In this document: piece by piece, positions 27,168 to 38,949 of the stretch
Numbering within the stretch: the stretch's first letter is position 1
How the letters are laid out: every line of letters begins with the position of its first letter
Assembly: GCA_050273025.1 (NCBI GenBank)
Contig: CP158636.1
Span: 7,378,001-7,442,000, forward strand
DNA from: Cenococcum geophilum
Lineage: Eukaryota
Direction: 5' to 3'
DNA: 64,000 nt
Program-made: the position numbers and the translations under genes
Notes under the pieces: model-generated
Database searches by the model: none
Told to the model about the DNA's origin: nothing
The model's input: the letters and a program-made list of their open reading frames with translations, nothing else

Positions 27168-28665
27168 TTACCTTAGTAAGCTTAGACTATAGAATTAATT
27201 AGCGGATATACGTATATCCGCAAGCGGATATTGCTAACCTTTTTTGTTAAAAAGTTGATTCTATAGTCTGAGAGACTTTTTTAGAATTTCTTAAGCGATC
27301 CGACTTTGTTTGTATGTAGAGCAGTTACCTTTTTTAACGAAATTAATCTACACCCCTATAGTAGCTATTATCTTAGAAATACCGTCAAATTAATCTGTAG
27401 AAGCAGCTCTATAATCGATAAATATATCTACCCTATTAGCCCCCGCGATATTAAGCAGAAAGCGCCGCCGAATAGGCGATTCGACTACTTAGGCTCTATA
27501 TAAGGCTCTATGCGAAGCTCTATACGAAGCTCTGTATAAAGCTCTGTACGAAACTCTATATAAAGCTTTATATAAAGCTCTATACGAAGCTCTGCGTATA
27601 GAGACTCTATATAAAGCTCCGCAAAGCTCTACGTACGGAGGCTCTGTATAAAGCTCTACACAAAGCTCTATATATAGAGGCCCTGCACGAAGCTTTATAC
27701 AAAGCTCTGTACGAAGCTCTATATAAAGCTTTATACGAAGCTTTGTATAAAGCTCTGCGTACGGAGGCTCTACACAAAGCTTTATATATAGAGGCTCTGT
27801 ATAACGGCTCTATATACGACGGTTTTACGTATAACAGCTCTACTACGGAGGCTCTATATAAAAGCTTTGTGTAGAGCTTTATATAAAGCTTTGTATAGAG
27901 CCTCTATACGCAGAGCTCTATGCGGAGCTTAGTATAAAGCTTAGGTAGAGCCTCTATTGTAGAGCTTTGTGTAAAGCTTCGTGCAGAGCTTCGTGTAGAG
28001 CTTCGTATAGAGCCTCTATACGTAGAGCTTTGTCTATACGGCCTACCCAAATAATAACTACTAAAGGTACTTTATACGTCTATAATACAGCACCTAATAC
28101 TATAGCAACTATTTTAGTATCTTATTTAACCTTTTACCTTTTTATATAATAAGTTTTTATAGTAATATACTATAGGTTAGTTTAAATATCTATAATTTAG
28201 TAGTCGGCGCATAATAAGGTTTTAGTAAGTATATTATACACTATAATATAGACGCTATATATCCGCCAGGCTATAATAGGTTCTTTAGGGTGGCTATTAT
28301 GGATCTATACGGGTTTTATATATATTAGCTAGCGTTTAGTAAAGTTATATAGAGTTTTACAATCCCTAATAGCGCGTTTTTTTTTTAACGAAAATGATTA
28401 TAAGACCTAAAAATACCTAAGTAATAAAAATGATATATTCTAAAAGCCTAGGTTCTGTTATATAATTAATTAACTTTAAGAAATGATATAAAATATTAGT
28501 GTTGAGTTATTTCAATATCCGCAACCTCTATAACGCGGATTTCGTCGGAATATTAAGAAACTTTAGATATATAATTCTGGTGGTTTCGTATAAATGTAGT
28601 TAGTTAGCTTGCGGACCGATTGAAAATCTGTATTAATAGAATCACGTCTAAGCCTACTGAGGTAA
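27168..28665. mobile_element. Non-autonomous Mutator-like (MULE) element, copy 1
   Basis: TIRs are TTACCTTAGTAAGCTTAGAC and GTCTAAGCCTACTGAGGTAA. The 9-bp TSD is TAAACTTGT/TGAACTTGT (one RIP change). Internal 12-bp repeats are present. Confidence 0.85.
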
Positions 28666-28891
28666 TGAACTTGTGTAGCAAAACTAGGTAGCAGTCTTGG
28701 TAGTAAGCTTTACTTAAAATAGTCAAACGCCATGCTATATAAGGATACCATTATAGCCTAATCCATAACGTTCTATAAAGCATCTTGTATAATATAGGTA
28801 GATAAATCTTATATATAGACTATACCTTATAAACAATATTAAGTTCATGTATGTATTAGTTACTCTACCAGATTTTCTAGTACAAAGTCGT

Positions 28892-31800
28892 TTACACGAC
28901 TTACACGTTAAGTCTCTGCCTCACTATGTAGTTACTCTAAATTAAGCCAACTCCAACCCTCCTATACTTACCATTTACACTAGTTGGCCTAACAACTAAT
29001 ATATAGTTCTCCTTAATATCCAATCTATCCCCATCCTTAATCTTATCTTTATCCTTATTAGACTTCTCCCTAACGATAACATATCGTTCTTTGTAAGGAT
29101 CCTTAACCTCCCTAATATTATACTGTATTTATCCTCTTTCCATTCCGCCGAAATCCAAGACAGCATAATATTTCCTATTTAGTTTTATTATACAATCCCG
29201 AAACTCCTATACGTTGGCGATTAATTCAAGTTTGCGCTCCTTATTAAACCGCAAGTTATCACTTTAATAAACTGTACTAAAAGGGATGTCTATAAACTAA
29301 ATGCCTCCATTATATGCCATCTATAACTATAATAGCACATTCCGGCCAGGGCACTTAATCCGCTCCATTTTATTATCAAACGCCTGCTATAAGAGATTTA
29401 TGTAAAGGTACTACTTAAAGATACTATATATGCTTTAACACCTTAGAACGTGTGCAATACGGGCCTCTAACCCAAATGTTATAATAGCTCTATTAGTCTT
29501 CTTTATAAGACTGCGCTTTGAGTAATCCTCAAAAAGAAAGTGAATGAATTTTATGGTACGTTGATGGCCTAACTTAAGGAGCTGGTTTGGGAAGTTTAAA
29601 TTAAGTATAAAGAACTTCCTTTAAAATAAGCTAGGGAGCAAAATATCTAAGTTAGGAAGATGTTGGTCTATTAGATATTGCTTAGGCTCTTACCTTTTTA
29701 GTCTAGTAAGATTTTCGCAGTAAACTCCTTTACTACATTCCTAGTATGTCTGGTTGTTACTAAAATAGATAGTTTGTCGTAATAAAACCATTTCTTGCAT
29801 TACCTATGCTCGCGTGTTAAGCTAAGCCTTCCCTATATCTTTATTGAAATCATCTATACCAGTGCAGATATAGAATCGCCTGCCTGAGGCGTCTTAAACA
29901 AGGACACACTTAGTGCTTATATTCCGCTTAAGGAATCCCGCTTTTAAATAGGCAGCCGAAGTTGTAGCAATTGTGTAGTAAGCTAAAGAGAAGACCTTTT
30001 CTATGCGCCCAGATTCACGTTTTTAATCTTCTTTATTATCCTTATATTAGATTATACAGAGTGAGTCGATCTAGAGGTATGGTACGCGAAGTTCTTAAGT
30101 CACTTTAACAGCATTCTAAAAAGTCTTTAATAGGTCGGAGATACCGAATCTTCCCAGCTGTTAGACAATGTTATCCTAGGTTATATAAAATTGTTTCTTA
30201 TCTTTAATTGGAAGTTTGCCCTAGCAATGGGATAAAGCAATATATTTTCCTCTATCTATTTACATAGCACAATTAAGACGTAAGATATTAGGATTATAAT
30301 CTAGATTATCTGGATCACCGACATAGAGGAGTCTTACTAGCAATTCTGTGTTGGATTTAATATAATACTTATTGTAATCGTGGGACTCGTCATACCAACG
30401 AAGCCATACGCGAAGTAGTGCAAATTGTATAGGACTTTTAGCTTCGGGCAAGACTGGGAAGCTAATCTAGATGCCATTATTAGGATCGGCTAAATATTTT
30501 AGGCGTAAAAATATATAGTAAGTAATGGCTCTGCCTAGCGTATATAAGGAGTTAAAGATACTAACCTGAACTAGAACACAACCGGAGAATATATAGCCCC
30601 CCCTTTCCTATTTTTAATGCTGACTGTTCTCTAACTATTTAAATATATGGTTTATTATCATTGCAGTAGCGTTTAAGTGTACGGAGGAGTAGAGCGCAGA
30701 GCTGACAACTTTTTTTAGCAGCACGGATTTTAGAAAGATTAATATTGCAGCCAGCAGCTATGATAGTACTACAGCAGGCATAATACTAAACCGGGGCAAG
30801 CTGGCTTAGTAGCGTGCTGGATAGCAAGCTTTTAATGAAATTCCGAGCAAATATATTGTCAAAGGTATAGAACTAGCCGTCGGGCTATATCTATATTAGT
30901 ACCGGTTTAAGCGGTCACGTATAAGGGGCATTCGCAGATCTATATACATCCTATACTAATAAATAGGACAAGGTTAGTAGCAGCCGTACATTTTAGTATT
31001 CGCAGGTCTACTTACGGCCTATACTAATAAATAGGATAAGGTTAGCAGCAGCCGTATATCTTAGTATTTACAGGTCTACTTATAACCTATACTAATAAAC
31101 AGGACAAGGTTAGCAGCAGCTGTATATCTCGGTATTTACAAGTCTACTTATAGCCTATACCAATAAACAGGACAAGGTTAGCAGCAGCTATACATCTTAG
31201 TATTTATAGGTCTATTTATATCCTATACTAATAAATAGGACAAGGTTACCAGCAGCTATATATCTTAGTATTTACAGGTCTACTTATATACTACACCAAC
31301 AAACAGGACAAGGTTAGTAGCAGCTATATATCGCAGTATTTATAGGTCTACTTATATACTATACTAACAAACAGGACAAGGTTAGTAGCAGCCGTAAATC
31401 TTAGTATTTGTAGGTCTACTTATAACCTACACTAATAAACAGGACAAGGTTAGCAGCAGCCGCATATCTTAGTATTTGTAGGTTTACTTATAGCCTATAC
31501 TAACAAATAGGACAAGGTTAGCAGCAGCCGTATATTTTAGTATTCGCAGGTTTACTTATATCCTACACCAATAAACAGGATAAAGTTAGCAGCAGCTATA
31601 TATCTTAGTATTCGCAGGTCTACTTATAAGCTATACTAATAAACAGGATAAGGTTAGCAGCAGCCGCACATCTTAGTATTTGTAGGCTTATTTATATACT
31701 ACACTAACAAATAGGACAAGGTTAGCAGCAGCCGTATATCTTAGTATTCGCAAGCTTACTTATATTCTACACTAATAAACAAGATAAAGTTAGCAGCAGC

Positions 31801-34800
31801 CACACATCTTAGTATTTGTAGGTCTACTTACAGCCTACACTAATAAATAGGATAAGGTTAGAAGTAGCTGTACATCTTAGTATTTATAGGTCTACTTATA
31901 TCCTATACTAATAAACAGGAATAAGGTTAGTAGCAGCTATATATCTTAGTATTTGCAAGTCTACTTATAAGCTATACTAATAAATAGGATAAGGTTAGCA
32001 GCAGCTATATATCTTAGTATTCGCAGGTCTACTTATATACTATACCAATAAACACGATAAGGTTAGCAGTAGCTGTATATCTTAGTATTTGTAGGCTTAC
32101 TTACATCCTATACTAACAAATAAGACAAGGTTAGCAGTAGCCGTACTTTTCAATATTCGCAGGTCTACTTATATCCTATACTAATAAATAGGACAAGGTT
32201 AGCAGTAGCCGTATATCTTGGTATTCGCAGGTCTACTTATAAACTACACCAATAAATAGGACAAGGTTAGTAGCAGCCGCATATCTCGGTATTCGCAGGT
32301 TTACTTACTTACTACACTAATAAACAAGACAAGGTTAGTAGCAGCTGTATATTTTAGTATTTATAGGTCTACTTATAGACTACACTAATAAATAAAGACA
32401 AGGTTAGCAGCAGCTGTATATTTTAGTATTCGCAGGTCTACTTACTCTCTACACTAATAAACAAGATAAGGTTAGCAGTAGCTATATATATTAGTATTCG
32501 CAGGTCTATTTACTCTCTACACTAATAAATAGGATAAGGTTAGCAGTAGCTATATATATTGGTATTCGCAGGTCTACTTACTCTCTACACTAATAAATAG
32601 GATAAGGTTAACAGTAGCTATATATATTAGTATTTGTAGGTTTACTTACTCTTTATACTAACAAATAGGATAAGGTTAGCAGCAGCTATACATCTTAGTA
32701 TTTGTAGGTTTACTTACTTCCTACACTAACAAACAGGAACAAAGTTAATAGTAACTATATATGTTAGTATTTGTAGGTCTACTTACGAGCTACACTAACA
32801 AACAGGACAAGGTTAGCAGCAGCTATATATATCAGTATTCGCAGGTCTACTTACTTCCTATACTAATAAATAAGATAAGGTTAACAGCAGCCATATATAT
32901 TGGTATTTGTAGGTCTACTTACTTCCTACACTAACAAATAGGATAAAGTTAACAGTAGCTATATATATTGGTATTCGCAAGTCTACTTATAAGCTACACC
33001 AATAAACAGGATAAGGTTAGTAGCAGCTATATATATCGGTATTCGCAGGTCTACTTATAGGCTATACTAATAAACAGGACAAGGTTAGTAACAGCTATAT
33101 ATACCAGTATTTACAGGTCTACTTACTTCCTACACTAATAAATAGAACAAAGTTAGCAATAGCTACATATGTCAGTATTCGCAGGTCTACTTACTCACTA
33201 CACTAACAAATAGGATAAGGTTAATAGCAGCCACACATATTGGTATTTGTAGGTCTACTTATAAGCTATACTAATAAACAGGACAAGGTTAGCAGCAGCT
33301 ATATATATTGGTATTCGCAGGTCTACTTACGACCTACACCAATAAATAGGACAAGGTTAGTAACAGCTATATATACCGGTATTTGTAGGTCTACTTATAG
33401 GCTACACTAACAAACAGGACAAGGTTAGTAACAGCTATATATGTCGGTATTCGCAGGTCTACTTATAAGCTATACTAACAAACAAGATAAGGTTAGCAGT
33501 AATTATATATATTAGTATTCGTAGGTCTACTTACTTCCTACACTAATAAACAGGACAAGGTTAGCAACAGCCATATATGCCGGTATTTGTAGGTTTACTT
33601 ATAAGCTACACTAACAAACAGGATAGGGTTAGCAGCAGCCACATATATTGGTATTTGTAGGTCTACTTACTTCCTACACTAACAAATAGGATAAAGTTAG
33701 TAACAACTATATATATTAGTATTTGTAGGTCTACTTACTTCCTACACTAACAAACAGGATAAGGTTAGCAACAGCTATATATGCCAGTATTTGTAGGTTT
33801 ACTTACAAGCTACACCAATAAATAGGACAAGGTTAGCAGCAGCTATATATGTTAGTATTTGTAGGTCTACTTACTTCCTACACCAATAAACAGGATAAAG
33901 TTAGTAACAACCATATATGTCGGTATTCGTAGGTCTACTTATAAGCTACACTAACAAATAGGATAAGGTTAGCAGCAGCTATATATATCGGTATTCATAA
34001 GTCTACTTATATGCTACACTAACAAACAGGATAAGGTTAGCAGCAGCTATATATATTAGTATTCGCAGGTCGACTTATAGGCTACACCAATAAATAGGAT
34101 AAGGTTAGCAGCAGCTATATATATTAGTATTCGCAAGTCTACTTACGACCTATACTAACAAACAGGATAAGGTTAGCAGCAGCTATATATATTAGTATTC
34201 GTAGGTCTACTTACTTCCTATACTAATAAATAGGATAAAGTTAACAGTAGTTATATATATTGGTATTTGCAAGTCTACTTATAAGCTACACTAATAAACA
34301 GGATAAGGTTAGTAGCAGCTATATATATTGGTATTCGCAGGTCTACTTATAAACTACACTAATAAATAGGATAAGGTTAGCAGCAGCTATATATATTGGT
34401 ATTTGTAGGTTTACTTACTCGCTACACTAACAAATAGGACAAAGTTAACAGCAGCTATATATATCGGTATTCGCAAGTCTATTTACTTCCTATACTAACA
34501 AACAGGATAAGGTTAGCAGCAGCTACACATATCGGTATTTGTAGGTCTACTTATAAGCTACACTAATAAATAGGACAAGGTTAGCAGCAGCTATATATGT
34601 TGGTATTTATAGGTCTACTTACTTCCTACACTAATAAATAAGATAAGGTTAACAGCAGCTATATATATTAGTATTCGCAGGTCTATTTATAAGCTACACC
34701 AATAAATAGGATAAGGTTAGCAGTAGCTATATATATTGGTATTCGTAGGTCTACTTACGGGCTACACTAATAAACAGAATAAGGTTAGCAACAGCTATAT

Positions 34801-35107
34801 ATGCCGGTATTCGTAGGTCTACTTACAAACTACACCAATAAATAGGATAAGGTTAGCAGCAGCTATATATATTAGTATTCGCGGGTTTACTTACTCGCTA
34901 TACTAACAAATAGGACAAAGTTAGCAGCAGCTATACATGTCGGTATTTGTAGGTCAACTTACTTCCTATAACTAAGTATATTAGTAAAATATCTAAAATA
35001 TACTCTAGGAACATTTACATTTTATACCTATACTATTAGCTAAAGTAATATTGTCTAGTTACTATTAATACCTACCTTAAACAATCTATCCTCTTATGTA
35101 TCTTAAC
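28892..35107 (-). pseudogene. HET-domain (PF06985-type, TOL-like) gene whose 5' part is built of microexons
   Basis: Motifs (de-RIP): SCQLCALLLR, LLYVGDPD, YIALSHCWG, VPYLWIDSLCIIQ, ESGRMEKVFS.AYCTIA, LNTRAWVMQE and FPNQLL. The stop is at 28892-28894. The 5' end upstream of 35107 is uncertain. Confidence 0.9.
30948..34965 (-). repeat. Tandem array of 68-bp units = 65-nt intron + 3-nt exon (59 repeated introns, 60 triplets)
   Basis: The minus-strand unit is GTAAGTAGACCTGCGAATAC...GCTGCTGCTAACCTTGTCCTGTTTGTTGGTGTAG followed by NNN. The period is 68 bp, occasionally 69. Confidence 0.92.
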
Positions 35108-35258
35108 CTATTGGAACAAGTTTAGCTATAACTAATAGAGATAATGATATGTTGACTCCCAGGCTGATAGGTTTTGACTTTAGTTGCACTTTAATGCTAT
35201 AGTTGATGCGATAATTAGGATTTATGAAAGTGGGGCAGTTTAATCAACTACTGCCTAC

Positions 35259-35395
35259 TTACCTTAGTAAGCTTAGACGCTTACCTTAGCAAGCTTAGAC
35301 GTGATTCCGTTAGTGCGGATTTTCAATTGGCCCGCAAGCTAACTAACTACATTTGTTATACTCTACCGAAATCACGTCTGAGGCTGTTTCGCTAC
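35259..35395. mobile_element. Solo terminal fragment of the same MULE family, with a duplicated 22-bp tip
   Basis: TTACCTTAGTAAGCTTAGACGC is followed by TTACCTTAGCAAGCTTAGACGTGATTCC..., which is the reverse complement of 28580-28665. Confidence 0.8.
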
Positions 35396-35471
35396 CTTAG
35401 TTTCCTCAGACTTTAGGAAATTCACGTGCGCTAAGACGCGCTAAACCATTTTGGTTAGCTCGTAAATCTAT

Positions 35472-37505
35472 CCCTCTGTCCGCTAAGACATTGCCAGGCG
35501 CTAGTATAGGGGTCTTACTTAGCTAGCGAAGCATAAAATTACATACCTTTGCATATAAATTTATTAGTAAGGTATATTATTTGAATAAAATCGCTCCTAG
35601 CACTCCCCCTCTTTATAGAGCAGTATATTACAAAATACACACCCACCCTATAAGCGTTTTAGTATACCATTTACTCCTTTTCCTAGGACCCTCTTATACT
35701 TTAATTGGTATAAACACTACGCGTAAGTGCCTCTTTTTAGACGCTTTTCCCAGTAGTGTAAATGCTAAAGCTTAGGATTAAATACCCTCTTACCCCCTAA
35801 CCCTACTTGTAAGCCCTGTAGCTTTGCCTTCTTAGAATACCCTAAAAGGTTATAATAAAGCTCGATTCTGAATTGCAAGTACGTAAGAGGACGTTCCTAT
35901 ACTGTATGCAATCGATAAAGCCTATAACCATTTATATAAGCTATATCGATTAGCTAGTAAAACAAGGGCTACTAATTCCTAAAGGTGGGCTTATAAGTTT
36001 CGTATCCCTCCCTAAATTGATTTGCAAGATCTATACCTCCTATATATTGATTATAATTATTAATAAAGCAAGAAATCTGAAGCTCCTTTACTAATAAGTC
36101 CCCAAATATATCGCGAACGATTTGTCCATTTATAGACGTCTTTGCAGGATGTCTCCTCTCCTCTCCTTTGCCCGAAAGTCCTCTATCTTATTTATAGTAT
36201 GGATATTACTTAAACCTAGTACGATATTATTATCCTGCTAAGCTAAGCAAAGTATATCCTAAACCACTATTGCGAGAAGGGTATTCCATAGAAGCTTCTT
36301 AGCGAATCGATTCTTTATTGTTGACGATTTAGTAGGAAACTGCTTGTGTGGACGCGTAGTACCTACTATACCGAATTTGCAAGCTCGTAGTTCTGAAAAT
36401 AAGGGTACTGAGGTGAAATAATTGTCTATATATATGGTAATATACCGGCGTGGAAGCGAAAGCGTAAGGTTGCGTACGAGACAGCTGGTATTCGTAAGGG
36501 TTGGGTAAAGAACCATATTTTGCAACCCCTTCTCCCTTAAGCTCTATATCCAATTATATATATATCCGTGGTCCGTAATTCCGTAGATCTTATACCCTTA
36601 TTTAATAGGTTTCTTGGGAATCTTGTACGTATATAAGGATCTATAATAATTAGCGGGGTAGCGGGGTAAGAGAAGGAAGAAAGAGAGATGTACCGACCAA
36701 AGCACCGTACTATGATTTCGTCAATACTTACTTTAGAAGAAGGCGAGTAATACCGTTGATAAGAGGCTTAAATGGACGAAGTAAGAGGTTCTAATTTATA
36801 CCACCAGACTTTATTAGAAGGTAAGTGATACCTATTCCACTTATCACTTTTAGGACATAAAATATAACAATACCGCTTGATTTGCTTAAAGCGGATACGC
36901 GAAATATAGCTTGTAATTGAGTGTAAAGGACCTTTATTAAAGTCTGAATTCCAGTACATTTTAACTTAAGGCTTATTATAAACTCCTATATATATAACAG
37001 CGCCCAGAAATACGTGTAATTCCTCTATAAGCAGATCCGTCCATTCTTATGCCCTTTCCGCTGTGATATATAGCCTTTGCTTACTCGCATATTGATTAGT
37101 ATTTGTGGTAATTGTTTAAAAGAGATCGCGAGTAAAGAATAAGCTGAAGTAGTCGAATGGGTGTGGTTTTGAAGGAAAGGAAGTAGGAAGGAGTACTTTT
37201 GCTATCTGTTGAGGCTCGCATTTAAAAGGCTTATAAGAAACGTCGGTAAGTAGTCCTAATTTAAGGAGTATATCCTTAAGGAATTGAGCCTTTTGCCTCG
37301 TAAGTTGCGTAGGCGGGCTAGAAGGTAGGCTAGAAGAATTATCCATTGTATAAGCGCGTATTTTAATAGGAAACGCCTGGACACAGTGTTAGTAAAACGA
37401 TATACCTTACTAATAAATTTATATGCAAAGGTATATAATTTTATGCTTCGCTAGCTAAGTAAGACCCCTATACTAGCGCCTGCAAATGTCTTAGCGGACG
37501 AAGGG
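35472..37505. mobile_element. piggyBac-like transposon with ~105-bp TIRs
   Basis: 35472-35575 is the inverted repeat of 37401-37505. The ends are CCCT...AGGG and enclose the transposase. Confidence 0.85.
35578..37346 (-). pseudogene. piggyBac (DDE_Tnp_1_7-like) transposase
   Basis: Reads SRIRFKQIKRY, VSIDEIIVRCFGR, KIPKKPIK.GYKIYG and IYIDNYFTSVPLFSELR...GIVGTTR. A probable intron lies at ~36641-36693. Confidence 0.9.
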
Positions 37506-37847
37506 ATAGTTTGAGCTACGAACTTGCTCTACTATATAAATATCCAAACTTTTCCCTAAGTACGTGCTGCTTCACTATAATCAAATTATACCCTAATAAG
37601 TTGCAAGAACGCCAATTAACCTTTATGAATAAGATGGGGTCGCTGAAATTAACAAATTCGGCTTCTGCGTTAAGATGTTGTAAGCAGTGAAGTCCTACCC
37701 CGAACTAGGCCGACGCAACCTCTTTAATGAGAAAATGACGCACTATTGACCCTAACTAGCCGACCTAGTACGTCAGAAGCTTAAGTACGCGTAAGAGGGT
37801 TAATATAGTGCTATATAAGCTGAATAAAAAGCACCGGTGGTTAATTA

Positions 37848-38764
37848 AAGGCTTGGCTTAATACGCGAGCATAGGTAATGCAAGAAAGGATTTTGTTACA
37901 ACGAACTATTTATTTCAATGCCAATTAGATATACTAGGAATGTAGTAAAGGGATTTACTGCGAAAACCTTACTAGACTAAAAAAGTAAGAGCTTAATAAT
38001 ATCTAATAGACCAACATCTTCCTAACTTGTGTATTTTGCTCCTTAACCTATTTTAAAGGAAGTTCTTTATATTTAATCCAAATTTCCCAAACCGGCTCCT
38101 CTAATTAGGCTATAAACATACTATAGAATTAATTTACTTTCTTTTTAAGGACTACTTAAAGCATAACCTTTTAAAGAAAACCGATAGATTTATTACAATA
38201 TCTAGGTTAGAGGCCCGTAGTGTAGGCGCTTTAAAGTATTAAAGCAGTTACGGTATCTTTTAGCGGTACCTTTATAGGAATCTCCTATGGCAGGCATTTG
38301 ATAATAAGATGGAGCTAATTGGGTACAAAACCCGGCATATGCTATTATGGTCATAGATAGTATATAATAGAGGTATTTAGTTTATAGACATCCCTTTTAG
38401 TACAGTTAATTGGATTAATAAAATCCGGCTTAAGGAGCGTGGACTAGTATTAATTACTAATATAGGGGGGTTTTGGGATTGTATAATGGGACTAGATAGG
38501 AAATATTATACCGTCTTGGATTTCGGCAGAAAGAAAAGAGGATGGATATAGTATGATGTTGAGGAGGGCGAGGATCCTTGTAAGGAACGATATATTGTCG
38601 CCGGGAAGAAGTCTAAAAAGGATGTGGATAGATTAGATGTTAAGGAGTACTATATATTAGTTATTAGGCCGATTAGTGTAGATAGCGAGTATAAAAGGGT
38701 TGGAGTTGGGCTAATTTAGAGTGACTACGTAGTGAGACAGGAGCTTAACGTATAAGTTGTATAA
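37848..38764 (+). pseudogene. Inverted partial paralog of the HET gene (C-terminal part only)
   Basis: Begins LNTRAWVMQERIL...IYWEC.KGIYCENLTRL (de-RIP) and is collinear with the reverse complement of 28892-29830. Upstream sequence is unrelated. Confidence 0.85.
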
Positions 38765-38949
38765 ACGACTAGAAAATCTAACGGAGTAACCGATGCATGT
38801 ATAGATTTAATGTCAAATTATAAGGCATAGTCTATATATAGGCTCCATCTATCTATAGTATAGGTACTTAGTTAGAGCTAGGGCGATCTATATAAGATGC
38901 TTTATAGAACATTATAAATTAGGCTACAGTAGCACACTATATTCTTACG

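Noticed and set aside
30948..34965. CRISPR array or ankyrin/WD coding repeat
   Set aside because: The variable part is only 3 nt, there are no cas genes and the context is fungal. The 68-bp period breaks any continuous reading frame.
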